Assembly (NCBI GenBank): GCA_051599415.1
Contig: AP039689.1
Coordinates: 434,001 to 498,000, forward strand
Length of the DNA: 64,000 nt
Reading direction: 5' to 3'
Source: Savitreella phatthalungensis
Taxonomy: Eukaryota
In this document: positions 35,687 to 47,128 of the stretch, piece after piece
Layout: each line of letters opens with the position of its first letter
How positions within the stretch are numbered: position 1 is the stretch's first letter
Made by a program: the position numbers and the translations under genes
Notes under the pieces: generated by a model
Database searches by the model: none
What the model saw: only the letters and a program-made list of their open reading frames with translations
Told to the model about the DNA's origin: nothing

Positions 35687-37555
35687 ATGAGCCGCCAACC
35701 CATTGACCTGGATGAGCTCATCAATCAAAAGCGACGTGAAACTGAAGAGCGAGCGAAGCCGAAGTTCCTGACGACAACGGAGCGGCAGGAGCAAAGGCAA
35801 GCCTTGGCATTGGAGCGCCGCGCCAGAGAAGCCGAGCACAGATACCGACAACTGAAGTCAACGCGCACGCTGGACAGAACAGCCAGCGAGACAGACCAGG
35901 ATGCTGTCCAGCCAGGCAATGAAGGGTCTCGCAAGAGGCCGCGACATAACGCAGATTCTCGAAAAGTCAAATTTGATTGGGACGATGCCGACGACACCTC
36001 CCGCGAGGACTCGTTCGTGCCGTCTACAGTGGCGCGGGCGCGAGCTTCAGGCCATGGTCTCGGCTCCATGACTAAACACAATGGTGATGCTGCGTTTTCA
36101 GCATCCGTCATCAATGCCCTACCCCTGGCTTCCAGCAAAATGCCCCGAGATCGAGCGGCGTATCATAACATGCAAACAGATGTTCTCGAAGACGATGTAC
36201 ACTGGTCTGTCAAGCCACTTGCTGAAATGAAGGAGCGCGACTGGCGCATATTCAAAGAGGACTTTGGTATCCAGCTTAAGGGCAAGAGCCTACCCTTGCC
36301 TTTACGTTGCTGGGACGAAGCTGCGGTGCCTCACACAATCTCACGTACTATTCAAGAGATTGGCTACAGGGATCCGTCGCCAATTCAGCGGGCTGCCATA
36401 CCTATTGGACTAGCAGGTCGTGACATCATTGGTGTCGCACAGACAGGCTCCGGGAAGACTGCTGCCTTTCTTATTCCTGTCCTCAGCTGTATTTCGAGTC
36501 TTCCCCCAATATCACATAATCCCAGTGGAGGACCTTATGCGCTCGTGATGGCTCCAACGAGAGAGTTAGCGCAGCAAATCGAAATCGAGGCACGAAAGTT
36601 TGCAGCGCCACTGGGAGTCACGGTCGTGTCAATCGTCGGAGGACGTGCGATTGAGGAGCAGAGCTGGAATATGCGCGACGGGGCAGAGATTCTCATTGCG
36701 ACTCCGGGTCGATTGCTTGACTGCTTGGAGCGTCATGTCCTTGTACTCAATCAATGCTCGTTCATCGTCATGGACGAGGCCGATCGGATGGTGGATCTGG
36801 GCTTTGAAGACGCAGTCAAAAACATTCTCGACGCTCTGCCAGGGGAGAATGACGCGTCACGCGCCCCGGCGCGTCAAACCGTTATGTTTTCGGCCACAAT
36901 GCCATCAGCGGTAGAGAAATTGGCCAACAGATATCTTCAACAGCCCGCAATGATCACCATCGGCGCTGCTGGCCAGGCGGTCTTGACCGTTGAACAACGC
37001 GTAGAAATGATTTTGGGTGAAGACAAGCGACGAAAACGGATGGAACAGATACTGAATTCTGGCGAATTTGACAGTCCTGTGATCGTCTTTGTCAATACGA
37101 AGAAGACATGTGAGAGCTTGGCCCGCTATCTTGCAGATATCGGCTGGCGCAGCACCACGTTGCACGGTGGCAAATCACAAGATCAGCGAGAGTCCGCCCT
37201 TGCGAAGCTACGCGCTGGTCAGGTGGACTGCTTGGTCGCTACTGATCTGGCTGGCCGTGGTATAGATGTTCCAGGCGTCACGCTCGTGATAAACTTCACC
37301 ATGTCGAGGCGCATTGAAGACTACATCCATCGCATTGGCCGCACAGGTCGGGCTGGGCGCAAAGGTACCGCCATTACATTCGTCGGGGAAGACGATGAAG
37401 CTTTGTTCTACGATATCAAGGTCGCTGCCAAAAATGCGCCTAGAGCAATCCTGCCGGCTGTGGTCAGGCAGGCCGCTCGTCCCAGTCGAATTGTTGATTT
37501 ACCACAGCCCGAAGCATCCAGCACACCTCTGGCAATAGATCGCTCGTTGCACTAA
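35687..37555 (+). CDS. PRP28: Pre-mRNA splicing DEAD-box helicase Prp28
   Basis: HWSVKPLAEMKERDWRIFKEDF (Prp28 signature), AQTGSGKT, PTRELA, DEAD, SAT and HRIGRTGRAG. First ATG at 35687. Confidence 0.93.
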   Translation: MSRQPIDLDELINQKRRETEERAKPKFLTTTERQEQRQALALERRAREAEHRYRQLKSTRTLDRTASETDQDAVQPGNEGSRKRPRHNADSRKVKFDWDDADDTSREDSFVPSTVARARASGHGLGSMTKHNGDAAFSASVINALPLASSKMPRDRAAYHNMQTDVLEDDVHWSVKPLAEMKERDWRIFKEDFGIQLKGKSLPLPLRCWDEAAVPHTISRTIQEIGYRDPSPIQRAAIPIGLAGRDIIGVAQTGSGKTAAFLIPVLSCISSLPPISHNPSGGPYALVMAPTRELAQQIEIEARKFAAPLGVTVVSIVGGRAIEEQSWNMRDGAEILIATPGRLLDCLERHVLVLNQCSFIVMDEADRMVDLGFEDAVKNILDALPGENDASRAPARQTVMFSATMPSAVEKLANRYLQQPAMITIGAAGQAVLTVEQRVEMILGEDKRRKRMEQILNSGEFDSPVIVFVNTKKTCESLARYLADIGWRSTTLHGGKSQDQRESALAKLRAGQVDCLVATDLAGRGIDVPGVTLVINFTMSRRIEDYIHRIGRTGRAGRKGTAITFVGEDDEALFYDIKVAAKNAPRAILPAVVRQAARPSRIVDLPQPEASSTPLAIDRSLH

Positions 37556-38503
37556 TATGGGACCTGAAAGCGCCAAGAGAGGACTGGCACGCGAAGGCGA
37601 ACATCCGAACTATTGTGCCACTTGAGCACGTGAACGACGATCATTGTATGGCTATTCGCAGTCATACGCCTCTGCCAATCACGGAGCAAGAATCCACACT
37701 CTTTTCATTTGTCGCTGCCTTCGCGCGGCGGAGCGCTGTAGTACAGAGCGCTTGTCTAAGATCGAGACGAGAACACTACGTATTGTGGTGAGCGTGGAGT
37801 TGACTCCGCATCACAGCCACGCTCTGACTGTATCTATATTAGGCTCAGTACCTCATCAGACGATGCGATCGACTTGCTGGTTCTGCTTCGATGCGCAACA
37901 CCCGCACAAAGTCAGTGTTCTAGTCGGCAGATTGAAGATGTCGCTGCAGTCTTGCGAGAGAGATGCGAGATGTATCTCGTGTCCTTGTCAAGTTTCTGAA
38001 AACCTTGAACCTCAATCGGTTTTCACTAGATGGCTGTTGCAACTTCATAATATTATGGTTGTCGGAGTTTCAGAGTACTGTATACTGTTTGCTTGCACAT
38101 CTATCTATCTGCATGAGGAACATTTCATGAAATATTTAGACGAAATGAGGAGCCCTGTGATTTAGGACGCCTGTTATGTTCTGTTGTCATCCCGATCATT
38201 TTATTTCTCTCTCCAATTTGTTGCTTCTGAGAGAAGTCGACTTTCACTGTCGTGGATCATATCTGTATGGAAAGCTCCAGACGGCTGGATCGATGCAAAT
38301 TGGGAAGATTTGATCCCGTCAATCACTGCGCGGCCAGAATTGATTTGTCTGGTTTATAGTTAATATAGTCAGAATTAGTGAACTGTAGTGGTAGTCTCGT
38401 CAATGTCGATAGTATCATGTAGCTGGTCTGATCTCCAGCCGAAGAGAATGCAGGTAGGCTGGAACCTTTGGACGCCGAAACTCTCTATGCGCGCACTTTC
38501 ACT

Positions 38504-38626
38504 CACACACGCACGCGCGCACGCACACGCACACGCACACACACACACGCACACACACACGCACACACACACGCACACACACACGCACACACACACGCAC
38601 ACACACACGCACACACACACGCACAC
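38504..38626. repeat. Compound (CA)n/(CACACACACG)n microsatellite
   Basis: About 120 bp of CA repeats interrupted by CG every 10 nt, upstream of the 14-3-3 gene. Confidence 0.95.
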
Positions 38627-39051
38627 CTGCGCCGGCGCCATGCGCAGACGACCTGCTGATCCTCCCATCCACTCAGACCCGGCAGGCCACAGCACTGGCG
38701 ACGCGTTCGCTCGCCGCATCATCCAGACAACCAACAGCAACACTGCCTCACTGCGTTGGGCGACCTTGCACGAGAATCGGCCATTCCGTCCGTCGGTCAC
38801 CTGTCTCTCCCGTCTTCGCTCTGTCACTCGATACAGCTCGGGCTGTCGCGGTCGCTAAACCTGGAACAAGGCTTGCTTGACCGTCTGCGCAGAAGTCAAT
38901 TACAGCAAGCCATTGGTGTCAGCTAATCGTTTGTTGACAGCACCATCAACAATCTTCGTCACTTATCGAGTTAGCAGCTTCGCCGAAGCTTTATTATTTG
39001 ACACAGCGATCTCTCATTGCTTCTTGCAAACAGACAGCCCGTACTCGAAAA

Positions 39052-39837
39052 ATGCCCCGCGACGACTCAGTCTATTTGGCAAAGCTGGCCGAGCAGGCCG
39101 AGCGCTACGATGAGATGGTCACTTTCATGAAAGAGGTTGCCAAGGCCGAGACGGAGCTCTCAGTCGAGGAGCGCAACCTTCTGTCCGTCGCCTACAAGAA
39201 CGTGATTGGCGCGCGTCGCGCTTCCTGGCGTATCATCAGCTCGATCGAGCAGAAGGAGGAGTCGAAGTCGTCCGCTAACGTCTCCTCCATCAAGCAATAC
39301 CGCGAGAAGATTGAGCAGGAGCTCTCGGACATCTGTGAGGACATCCTCGAAGTGCTCGACAAGTACCTCATCGCTAAGGCGGGTCCCGGAGAGTCGAAGG
39401 TCTTCTACTACAAGATGAAGGGTGACTACCACCGTTATCTTGCAGAATTTGCTACGGGCGACAAGCGCAAAGATGCTGCCACAGCCGCTCACGACGCATA
39501 CAAGGGTGCCACGGACGTTGCTCAGACTGACCTCGCACCGACCCACCCGATCCGTCTCGGGCTCGCTCTCAACTTCAGCGTGTTCTACTACGAGATTCTG
39601 AACTCTCCTGATCGCGCCTGCCACCTCGCTAAGCAAGCATTCGATGATGCGATCGCTGAGCTCGATTCATTGTCTGAGGAATCTTACAGAGACTCGACTC
39701 TGATCCTACAGCTATTGCGCGACAATCTCACCCTCTGGACAAGTGACAGTCTCAACGATACCGACTCCGCCGCGGCCCCGAAGGAGAAGGCGGAAGGCGA
39801 GGCTGCTGCACCAGCTGTTGAGGATCCTGCGGCATGA
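39052..39837 (+). CDS. BMH1: 14-3-3 protein (Bmh/Rad24 family)
   Basis: [60 protein letters not shown] and [16 protein letters not shown] at 39052. Paralogue identity not resolved. Confidence 0.96.
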   Translation: MPRDDSVYLAKLAEQAERYDEMVTFMKEVAKAETELSVEERNLLSVAYKNVIGARRASWRIISSIEQKEESKSSANVSSIKQYREKIEQELSDICEDILEVLDKYLIAKAGPGESKVFYYKMKGDYHRYLAEFATGDKRKDAATAAHDAYKGATDVAQTDLAPTHPIRLGLALNFSVFYYEILNSPDRACHLAKQAFDDAIAELDSLSEESYRDSTLILQLLRDNLTLWTSDSLNDTDSAAAPKEKAEGEAAAPAVEDPAA

Positions 39838-40332
39838 AAGTGACGATATGCGATAGGAAGGCTCTCTTTGTGAATCTCAGGCTCGTATGTTGGCTCGATT
39901 GAGATCAGCAAGATCATCAAGCCTCTAATTAAATCACAATCAATATCTCGTTCCCTCCCTCTGTCTTTTCGTAGCCTCTTCGCCTTCCTGGTTGCAGGCT
40001 GACGCCTCTGCCGACTGGGCAAGATTTCGTCCACACATCAATGCGTGCCTCCGCGCCCCATGATTCTTGTCCTTCAACATCCTAAGCCCACCATTTTTCT
40101 GACAACAATGTGTAGGTCAATGAGAAGTCATAGTCTGTTCATAAGGCGCTTTCCTGGTGGTTGTGTACGCAAGGTGCGTTGTCAGGCTGAGTGGAAGGTC
40201 TTATACGTCTGAATGTGCATCTGAGCTCCACACCTTCACGATATATTTCCTCACGAGGCATATACTGTTTACACGAAAACCTTACCGACAGAGACGACAG
40301 ACTCGATCGTCATCATATCTGGCGCTCAAGTG

Positions 40333-40641
40333 ATGACGACCGTGCGGGAGTTTGCAGGGCCAGACCCCACATCGAAGGATATTCGCGACAAGTTTGACCA
40401 TGTAAGATACAGCCCGGCGTCTTTCTACACTAGGCGTGGCAGCTACTGACATATCCGATTCAAGAAAGGACGGTCGAAGTTTTTTGATCCATGTGCAGAA
40501 GCCTCGCGTGCCTCGATGCACTGTCTCGATCGAAACGGACATGATCGCGAAGCATGCGCGGACTTCTTCAGGGCATATCGTGAGTGCAAGTCTCAATGGC
40601 TCAATGAACGCAAAGAAGCGCGACGTCGAGGTGAGCTCTAA
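40333..40641 (+). CDS. COX23: Cytochrome c oxidase assembly factor Cox23 (twin CX9C); exons 40333-40401 and 40465-40641
   Basis: Not in ORF track. Intron 40402-40464 (GTAAGA..TACTGAC..AAG) gives ...KFDHKGRSKFFDPCAEASRASMHCLDRNGHDREACADFFRAYRECKSQWLNERK..., 81 aa. Confidence 0.9.
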
Positions 40642-40707
40642 AAGAGAGACGTCCTCAGTGGACAGGCGAACAATACCTTCATCAAGGACTGGCTGCTCGG
40701 CATATTG

Positions 40708-42021
40708 TTATGAGAACGTTACCGGCAGCGATCTTGATTCATCATGAATCCTGCGAAGTGCATCGGCACGTGTATCATCACTACCGACGTCTAAGCGTCG
40801 TTGCTCGTCTTCTGCGGCTGGATCAAGCTCTGTCGCGGTCAACCGGAGGATCTGGCCGCTACTGTCTCCAGCATACAGCTCCGGGACACTGCCAGGACCA
40901 CGGTGAGCCAGGCACGTTACACGACCATTGAGCACGAAGTGCTTGCCGAACAAGTACCCAGTTGTCAGTCCATATCGCAGGACCGTGCCTTCATCCGATG
41001 GATAAAATAGCAAGGCCTCCTCCGGCTCGACTTGGCCAGTGAAGCTGTCAATCACAAGCGGCCGCACTTGTTGCCAATGCGTATTCAGTGGCCAAGTGCC
41101 ATAGTTGACAAGCATATTACAACCTCGAGCACTATCCCAGAGCCGTAGCTTATTGTCATGCCCTGTAGAGACGATGTGCAGACCATCCGCCGTCCAAGCA
41201 AGCCCGTTGCATATGTCAGCATGGGCTGTCGGCAACTTGCCCGCTGCGCTTGCATATCCGACCTGATACGCATTCCGTTCTCTGCGGTCGTTAGAATTTT
41301 CCACTCCAGCGTTATCGCGGTCAAGGAGTGCGAGGGCGCCGTCCGCCCGGCGAACATCCCACAATCTCAGAGTTCCATCTGTGCCCCCGGTCGCAAGCAC
41401 ATATGCTTGTGTAGGAGACCATCCGACGGTACAGACTGCCCCGCGATGACCCGCCAGCATGTGCGCCGCTGTGCCCGTCCTCAGATCGCATAAGCGCACA
41501 GCGGGCAGTTCGCAGGCGCATGCTAATAAGCTATGATCTGCCCCTGGACTCGCTGAAGCATCGTGCGCATACACTTTTGAGCCGAGATCAAATTTACACG
41601 CCTCGGAGAATGTGGCTGTATCCCAAACTTTGCAGGTGCCGTCATACGAGCTCGTGGTGAATAGGCCAGTATCAAAAGGATGCCAATGAATATCGGAGAC
41701 GCCATAAATATGTGCCGTACGTGCAGAGAGCGATTCTGTAGGCGCAGCCTCGAAGTGCGACGTTGTCGCTCGCGTCAGTCGTCGATAGCCACCATGAGCA
41801 TCGGCATCGTAGAGATTTATCGAAGAATCCCCGTTGCCAGAGAGCAACCACCGCTGCTCGATTGCATCGAATGCGAGTGCATTGATACTGCCAGACTTTA
41901 GTTTCCTGAACCTGCGCAGCGGATCTGGTGAGAGACCGTGAAAGAGCCTGACATTCTGCGCATTTCGAAGTGCGCTAGCAGGATTTGCACCGACCTCGCG
42001 CAGGCGCAGGTAGCTCTCCAT
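40708..42021 (-). CDS. WD40 DNA excision repair protein, CSA/ERCC8 (Rad28/Ckn1) type
   Basis: WHPFDTGLFTTSSYDGTCKVWD, VRLCDLRTG, GTLRLWDVRR and GCNMLVNYG. First ATG at 42021. Confidence 0.85.
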   Translation of the reverse strand: MESYLRLREVGANPASALRNAQNVRLFHGLSPDPLRRFRKLKSGSINALAFDAIEQRWLLSGNGDSSINLYDADAHGGYRRLTRATTSHFEAAPTESLSARTAHIYGVSDIHWHPFDTGLFTTSSYDGTCKVWDTATFSEACKFDLGSKVYAHDASASPGADHSLLACACELPAVRLCDLRTGTAAHMLAGHRGAVCTVGWSPTQAYVLATGGTDGTLRLWDVRRADGALALLDRDNAGVENSNDRRERNAYQVGYASAAGKLPTAHADICNGLAWTADGLHIVSTGHDNKLRLWDSARGCNMLVNYGTWPLNTHWQQVRPLVIDSFTGQVEPEEALLFYPSDEGTVLRYGLTTGYLFGKHFVLNGRVTCLAHRGPGSVPELYAGDSSGQILRLTATELDPAAEDEQRRLDVGSDDTRADALRRIHDESRSLPVTFS

Positions 42022-42418
42022 ACATATCAACGGCCAGAATCAAGCTCGTCTGGTGAATATGCTACGAGAGCTTGTTGAACTCAGCGCTCCTCCAGAACTA
42101 CTTTTCAACGGACCGCGTTGAAAACTGCAGAAGACTCGCACGCATGATTGAGATGCTTTGTCACCAAATCAGACAAGAATGACGTACTGTATATGGGTCG
42201 AAGCAGATCATTGTTCCCTCGAATCTAAATTTAGAGCTTTCTTGCACACATAGCGCCATCGTAATCCGATATATCAAGTGCAAGACCAACACTCATCAAT
42301 GCGGCCATTCTGCACCGTAACATTTGTCTAGCACAGGGGCTATGTGTTTCCAGCTTGGATTCTGATCCAATGCACAGACGGCGCCGTTGCATGCAGCGAG
42401 TGTCGCAAAGCATTCGGT

Positions 42419-45400
42419 ATGGTCAAGGTTTATGAGGTGCCGGAAAGCGCCATCCGCTCTATCAACCTTGCAGCGCTCGACCAGTTTGAGAACAAAGATC
42501 GAAGCTCTTCCGCCGGGAACGATGTTAGAGCGAAGAAGAGACGTCGGTCATCTTCCAGCGCGCGAGCGAGCGATCGATCTGAGAATGACGACAACGTGAC
42601 CTGGTGTGACGTATGCTTCAGCGCGCCCATAGTAAGTCAAGGAGCTCGCAATCTCACAGTACATGAATTCGAAGTCGGAGCATCGTCAAACATCGGCAAC
42701 CAAGGTCATGGCCAAGTCAAGTCCAAGGGAACGAAAAATGGGTCAAAGAGCTCGAGCAGATGGCAGATTGTACTGCCGAATGCGCAAGTACTTCTGGAGC
42801 TTGACGATTGGGAGCATTCACAACTTCTGCGCGGCTTCAATATCCTCAGCGACCCAACAATGTCTGCTGTTCGCACGGAGTATGCCGACGTTCGCATCAG
42901 TCGTCGGCTGCATGTTTCTATATCGCACATCAAGGTGTATCTTACAATTACTTCAAGGTCGCGTGTGACTTGGTCACTCGCCACGATAAAGCTTGGAAAG
43001 CATCCGCTGTTCCGTCGGATTTTGCTGGCTTCTGCAAGAGAGGTCCAAACGAGAGTGGCGACTCCAGAGCTTTTCTACGCGAGTGCTCCTGCCCCGCAAG
43101 CGAAATTGCAACACGACATTCCGGGACTGAAGACGAAGCTGCTCAATTATCAACGTAAGAGCGTCGCATGGATGCTCGAGCGTGAGCATGGTGCTGCTGA
43201 AAATAGCAGCGCTTGGGCGATGTCTTCACTGCTCAATGGTCAGATACGTGGGCTTCAACTTGAGCTCGGTCTCGTGGCATCTACAAGCGCGATAGCAGCT
43301 CAAAGGACCACTCTCGACTACGTGGCTGGTGGTCTGCTTGCCGACGAGATGGGATTGGGCAAAACCGTGGAGGTCTTAGCAACGCTACTCATGCATACAA
43401 GGCCTCCCTCCACGGCTGACACAATTTATGACGTCTGGTCCGGTCAAGAACTCGAGTCAACCGGTGCGACCCTGATCATTACACCGTCAACGATCGCAGC
43501 CCAATGGCTTCTTGAGATAGGCAAGCACACAGGGCTGAAAAGCCGTATGTATACCGGAGCCGCTCACGATCAGCAACTCTCCAGCGATCTCAACCAATAC
43601 GACATAGTAGTCACGACATACCGCGTGCTCACGTCCGATGTCCATTATGTGCGAGCGCAGAGCAGCACGCGCGAGCTCCGCGGCGAGCGCAAGTATGAAC
43701 AGCGTCGCTCGCCACTTCTCTCTAGGCAATGGTGGCGAGTTGTCATGGATGAAGCACAGATGGTGCAGAGCGGCTCCAGCGCTGCTGCAGAAGTTGCAGC
43801 TCTTATTCCTCGCGTGCATGCGTGGGCTGTCACTGGCACTCCTGTTGGTACGACCTGCAGCTCCCTGTTCGGGGTCCTTCATTTCCTCCGTCTGCGGCCC
43901 TTCCATGGCAACCCGAGCATCTGGCATTCCTTGTGCAATACCAGCCCATTCGCCCAGGATCAGATTGCGTCCATCTTTGGGCCTATCACTTGCAGGCAGA
44001 CGAAGAGCGGTGTACAAGCCGACTTGGACATCCCCGCGCAGCGTCGGTTCGTTGTGCCGATCAAGCTGTCGCCCATCGAGGAATCAAACTTTCAGGATCT
44101 TCTGGCGGAAGCTTTCCGCGACATTGGTCTGGATGAAGACGGTCAGCCGAGAGACGATACGACGTGGGACGACCTCAAGGAGTTCCAGATCGCGCGCATG
44201 TTGCATCACATCGGGCTGCTCAGGCAGGCCTGCACACACCCACAGATTGGCGCTGCAGCCCGCGTGCGCTTTGGAATCGATGGCAGAATCAAGCCTATGT
44301 CTGAAGTTCTTCGGCTGATGAGGAGAGGTACAGAAGCATCGCTCGAGATTCACGGACGGCAGGTTGTCTCCCTGCAAATCACCCGAGGTCAAATTTATGA
44401 ATACGTCAAGCAACCCGAGGAAGCTCTGAAGATCTTCCAATCTGCTGTGTCGATTAGCAGCGACCGCATTGCTGTTCTCGAGACACTCGTTGAGCATGTA
44501 CCAGAAGCAAAAGGACTTGACGGGGAGCCAATGAACATTGACTTGGGCGATGGGATTGATGCGGTCGATCTTCAGCGTTCTCGTGCCGACAACGGACTGG
44601 ACAGCATCGACTCACAGACCGACATCCGACTCTGGAAGGAGATTTTGCACCGCGCATTGTTTTTCACGGCTAGCATCCACTTTCAGCTGCAGCAAGAGGA
44701 AGAGGAAAGGCGCCGATATACCGAAGCCAAGTCTGTTCGCCACGCTCTTCTGGGCGAACGTGAAACGGCAGTGATAGAGATCCGCGCCAAGGTCATTGAA
44801 AAGCAGCGGATGCAGAGCTTCATCGAGATACCTGAAATGCGCTATCCTCAACTTGCAGGCCTGTCCGGTCACTCGACCCTGCTCAGTTTGGAGAAATTGA
44901 CCGACATGCTCAACGATCAGGCAAATGAGCTCGACAAGTTTCGTGAAGCTTGTATCGAGAGGTTGACTGGTGCGCTTGCCGATGAAAATGACGATCCGTC
45001 CGGTGAGGAATATCAGAAGTCTCTCGATGATCAGGAGGAGAGCTTCCTGTATCTTGAACTCATCAAGATTATGCTCAACGATCGCTGTCGCATGCTTGAC
45101 CACCGCCTGTATACGAGCCTGATGCGTGACGACCTGCGCAAGTGGACGGAGACCGAACGCCAAAAGGCCGGTAAAATTTTCATTGATGGCATGAAGGTTC
45201 GGGACAGTCTGCGACCTCTGCCTGACCCGAGCACCACCATCAACCATGTCAACGCATGCACTGAGGCTGGATGTCTGAAGGATATCCGGGACGATTTAGC
45301 CTCAAGAGAGATGCGCTATCGTGGTTCAGACACGCATGGGGCACGCATGGAGCGCGAGCTCTTGATGCGTACGCTTTCCGAGCTCGATCGCACCATTGCG

Positions 45401-46684
45401 TCGCAGCGCAAAGCGTATGATGGCCTACGCCAGGAGGAGAACGAGCTGCGGAAACTGTACAACCTCCGTGTGCTCTATTACCGGCAATTCCAAGACCTGT
45501 CAGACGCTGTGCAGGCTTTCACCGTGCTCCGAAGACAACATGACAAGGATGGTCTCGACCTGGCCACCGGAAAGCATCTGCCGAACGAAGAACTGACTGA
45601 AGAAGACATCAGCGAGTCTGAACGCGCTCATCGACTGGCAAATATGACTGCGCGGATTGAGGCGAGCATTGCCGAAGAACAAGCAGCTGTCGATCGCGGT
45701 CAAGCTCGACTCAAGTATCTGAACCACCTTTCTGACACCTCGAAAGCTGTTGAAACATGTATCATCTGTCAGACAGATTTTTCGCGTGGAGCTTTGACAT
45801 TTTGTGGACACCTTTACTGTCGCGAATGTTTCCTGCAGTGGCACCGATCACACGCGACCTGTCCTATCTGTAAGACAAAGCTTCAACGGACAGGTTTCTA
45901 CGATATCTCCCTCGGCGGGACCAACATCGTGAAAAATGAACCATCAGATGGTGGCGATTCCGCACACAATCCTGTGGCAATACTGGGGTATGAGGCTTTG
46001 CCTGTTGCCGAGCTCAGTTCATTGGCAAGGCAGACGCTGCAGAGAAGCTTCTCGTCAAAAGTCGACAGCATCGTTCAGCATATCAAATCCTTCCAAGCAG
46101 GGACAAAGTCAATTATCTACAGCAATTTCGCCGACGTGCTATATATGTTTGCCGAAGTACTGCAGCAGAACGGGATCGGAGTATCGACGTTGCTGCTCGG
46201 AAGCCACCTGCAGCTGAACAACCAAATCGATCGGTTTTTGGCCCAGCGAACGACAGAGGTCTTGCTGATGACAGGCAGATCGCAAGCAGCTGGTCTGAAC
46301 CTGACTGTCGCTACCAAGTTGTTCCTGGTGGAGCCGCTCGTCAATCCGGCAATCGAAGCACAACTGCAGGGGCGAATCCATCGTATTGGACAGCACGAAA
46401 GCACAAGCGTCTACCAGTATTATGTTGTCGATACTGTAGAGGAAGCGATATTGCGTGGAAACGTCACACGTGGTGTGTCGACTGACGAGGGCAATAACAG
46501 ACAACTGTCAGACGTCCAAACATCTAACTCCGGCGGATTACCGCCCGGTCACGGAGGAGCCTCAACCCGTGCAGGCGAACGAATCGGACGAGCTGATGTC
46601 TTGAGGCTATTTCAGAGCAATCTGGGTCGCAAAACGAAAATTCTGGAGACGAGTCACCAGCCCGCTCGCCCTAATTGTGAATGA
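42419..46684 (+). CDS. SNF2-family helicase / RING E3 ligase (IRC20/SHPRH-like)
   Basis: GGLLADEMGLGKT, WWRVVMDEAQMV, WAVTGTP, LRQACTHPQ, RING CIIC...CGHLYCREC...CPICK, and GRIHRIGQ. First ATG at 42419. Confidence 0.9.
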   Translation: MVKVYEVPESAIRSINLAALDQFENKDRSSSAGNDVRAKKRRRSSSSARASDRSENDDNVTWCDVCFSAPIVSQGARNLTVHEFEVGASSNIGNQGHGQVKSKGTKNGSKSSSRWQIVLPNAQVLLELDDWEHSQLLRGFNILSDPTMSAVRTEYADVRISRRLHVSISHIKVYLTITSRSRVTWSLATIKLGKHPLFRRILLASAREVQTRVATPELFYASAPAPQAKLQHDIPGLKTKLLNYQRKSVAWMLEREHGAAENSSAWAMSSLLNGQIRGLQLELGLVASTSAIAAQRTTLDYVAGGLLADEMGLGKTVEVLATLLMHTRPPSTADTIYDVWSGQELESTGATLIITPSTIAAQWLLEIGKHTGLKSRMYTGAAHDQQLSSDLNQYDIVVTTYRVLTSDVHYVRAQSSTRELRGERKYEQRRSPLLSRQWWRVVMDEAQMVQSGSSAAAEVAALIPRVHAWAVTGTPVGTTCSSLFGVLHFLRLRPFHGNPSIWHSLCNTSPFAQDQIASIFGPITCRQTKSGVQADLDIPAQRRFVVPIKLSPIEESNFQDLLAEAFRDIGLDEDGQPRDDTTWDDLKEFQIARMLHHIGLLRQACTHPQIGAAARVRFGIDGRIKPMSEVLRLMRRGTEASLEIHGRQVVSLQITRGQIYEYVKQPEEALKIFQSAVSISSDRIAVLETLVEHVPEAKGLDGEPMNIDLGDGIDAVDLQRSRADNGLDSIDSQTDIRLWKEILHRALFFTASIHFQLQQEEEERRRYTEAKSVRHALLGERETAVIEIRAKVIEKQRMQSFIEIPEMRYPQLAGLSGHSTLLSLEKLTDMLNDQANELDKFREACIERLTGALADENDDPSGEEYQKSLDDQEESFLYLELIKIMLNDRCRMLDHRLYTSLMRDDLRKWTETERQKAGKIFIDGMKVRDSLRPLPDPSTTINHVNACTEAGCLKDIRDDLASREMRYRGSDTHGARMERELLMRTLSELDRTIASQRKAYDGLRQEENELRKLYNLRVLYYRQFQDLSDAVQAFTVLRRQHDKDGLDLATGKHLPNEELTEEDISESERAHRLANMTARIEASIAEEQAAVDRGQARLKYLNHLSDTSKAVETCIICQTDFSRGALTFCGHLYCRECFLQWHRSHATCPICKTKLQRTGFYDISLGGTNIVKNEPSDGGDSAHNPVAILGYEALPVAELSSLARQTLQRSFSSKVDSIVQHIKSFQAGTKSIIYSNFADVLYMFAEVLQQNGIGVSTLLLGSHLQLNNQIDRFLAQRTTEVLLMTGRSQAAGLNLTVATKLFLVEPLVNPAIEAQLQGRIHRIGQHESTSVYQYYVVDTVEEAILRGNVTRGVSTDEGNNRQLSDVQTSNSGGLPPGHGGASTRAGERIGRADVLRLFQSNLGRKTKILETSHQPARPNCE

Positions 46685-46723
46685 TGTCCTTGTGTCATTC
46701 TCAGGACGTACTCTCAGAAGCAT

Positions 46724-47128
46724 TCAAAAGTCAGTGACACGACCACCGAATGAGTAATCGCCGTGTCTAAGCGGATCGTTCTTTGGACCGCCGACCTCGC
46801 CTGTGACTGGGTTGCGATCGCCTTCAAATTCCGGCTGCGGCTTTCGACGAACGTCTGGATGGAAGTAGACTTGCTGAGAACGCTCTTCTGCAGATTTCTG
46901 TAACTTGCGCCACTCAGCCTGATCTTCCTTGGGCAGTGACGGAGGTGCCGGTGCCGGAGGTTGGAAGTCGGTCTTGGCCTGAGGAGCACGTGAGGGCACC
47001 GTTGAGCCTGGGGTGGCAGGTCTTGTAGAAATGCTACGCACGATGATGGGGTTGATCGGCGAGTCGAAGAGTGCGCGAGTGTTTCTCATAAGCCAGAACG
47101 ATGCTGTGAGTTTAGAAGGACGGCTCAT
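46724..47128 (-). CDS. SDH8: Succinate dehydrogenase assembly factor 4 (DUF1674)
   Basis: C-terminal EFEGDRNPVTGEVGGPKNDPLRHGDYSFGGRVTDF and a basic presequence. Confidence 0.9.
   Translation of the reverse strand: MSRPSKLTASFWLMRNTRALFDSPINPIIVRSISTRPATPGSTVPSRAPQAKTDFQPPAPAPPSLPKEDQAEWRKLQKSAEERSQQVYFHPDVRRKPQPEFEGDRNPVTGEVGGPKNDPLRHGDYSFGGRVTDF

Noticed and set aside
38375..38858. ORFs with (HT)n and (VC)n runs
   Set aside because: Translation artefacts of the CA microsatellite.
43487..45844. Long antisense or alternate-frame ORFs within the SNF2/RING gene (and similar ones in other genes)
   Set aside because: Shadow ORFs of GC-rich coding sequence with no recognisable motifs.
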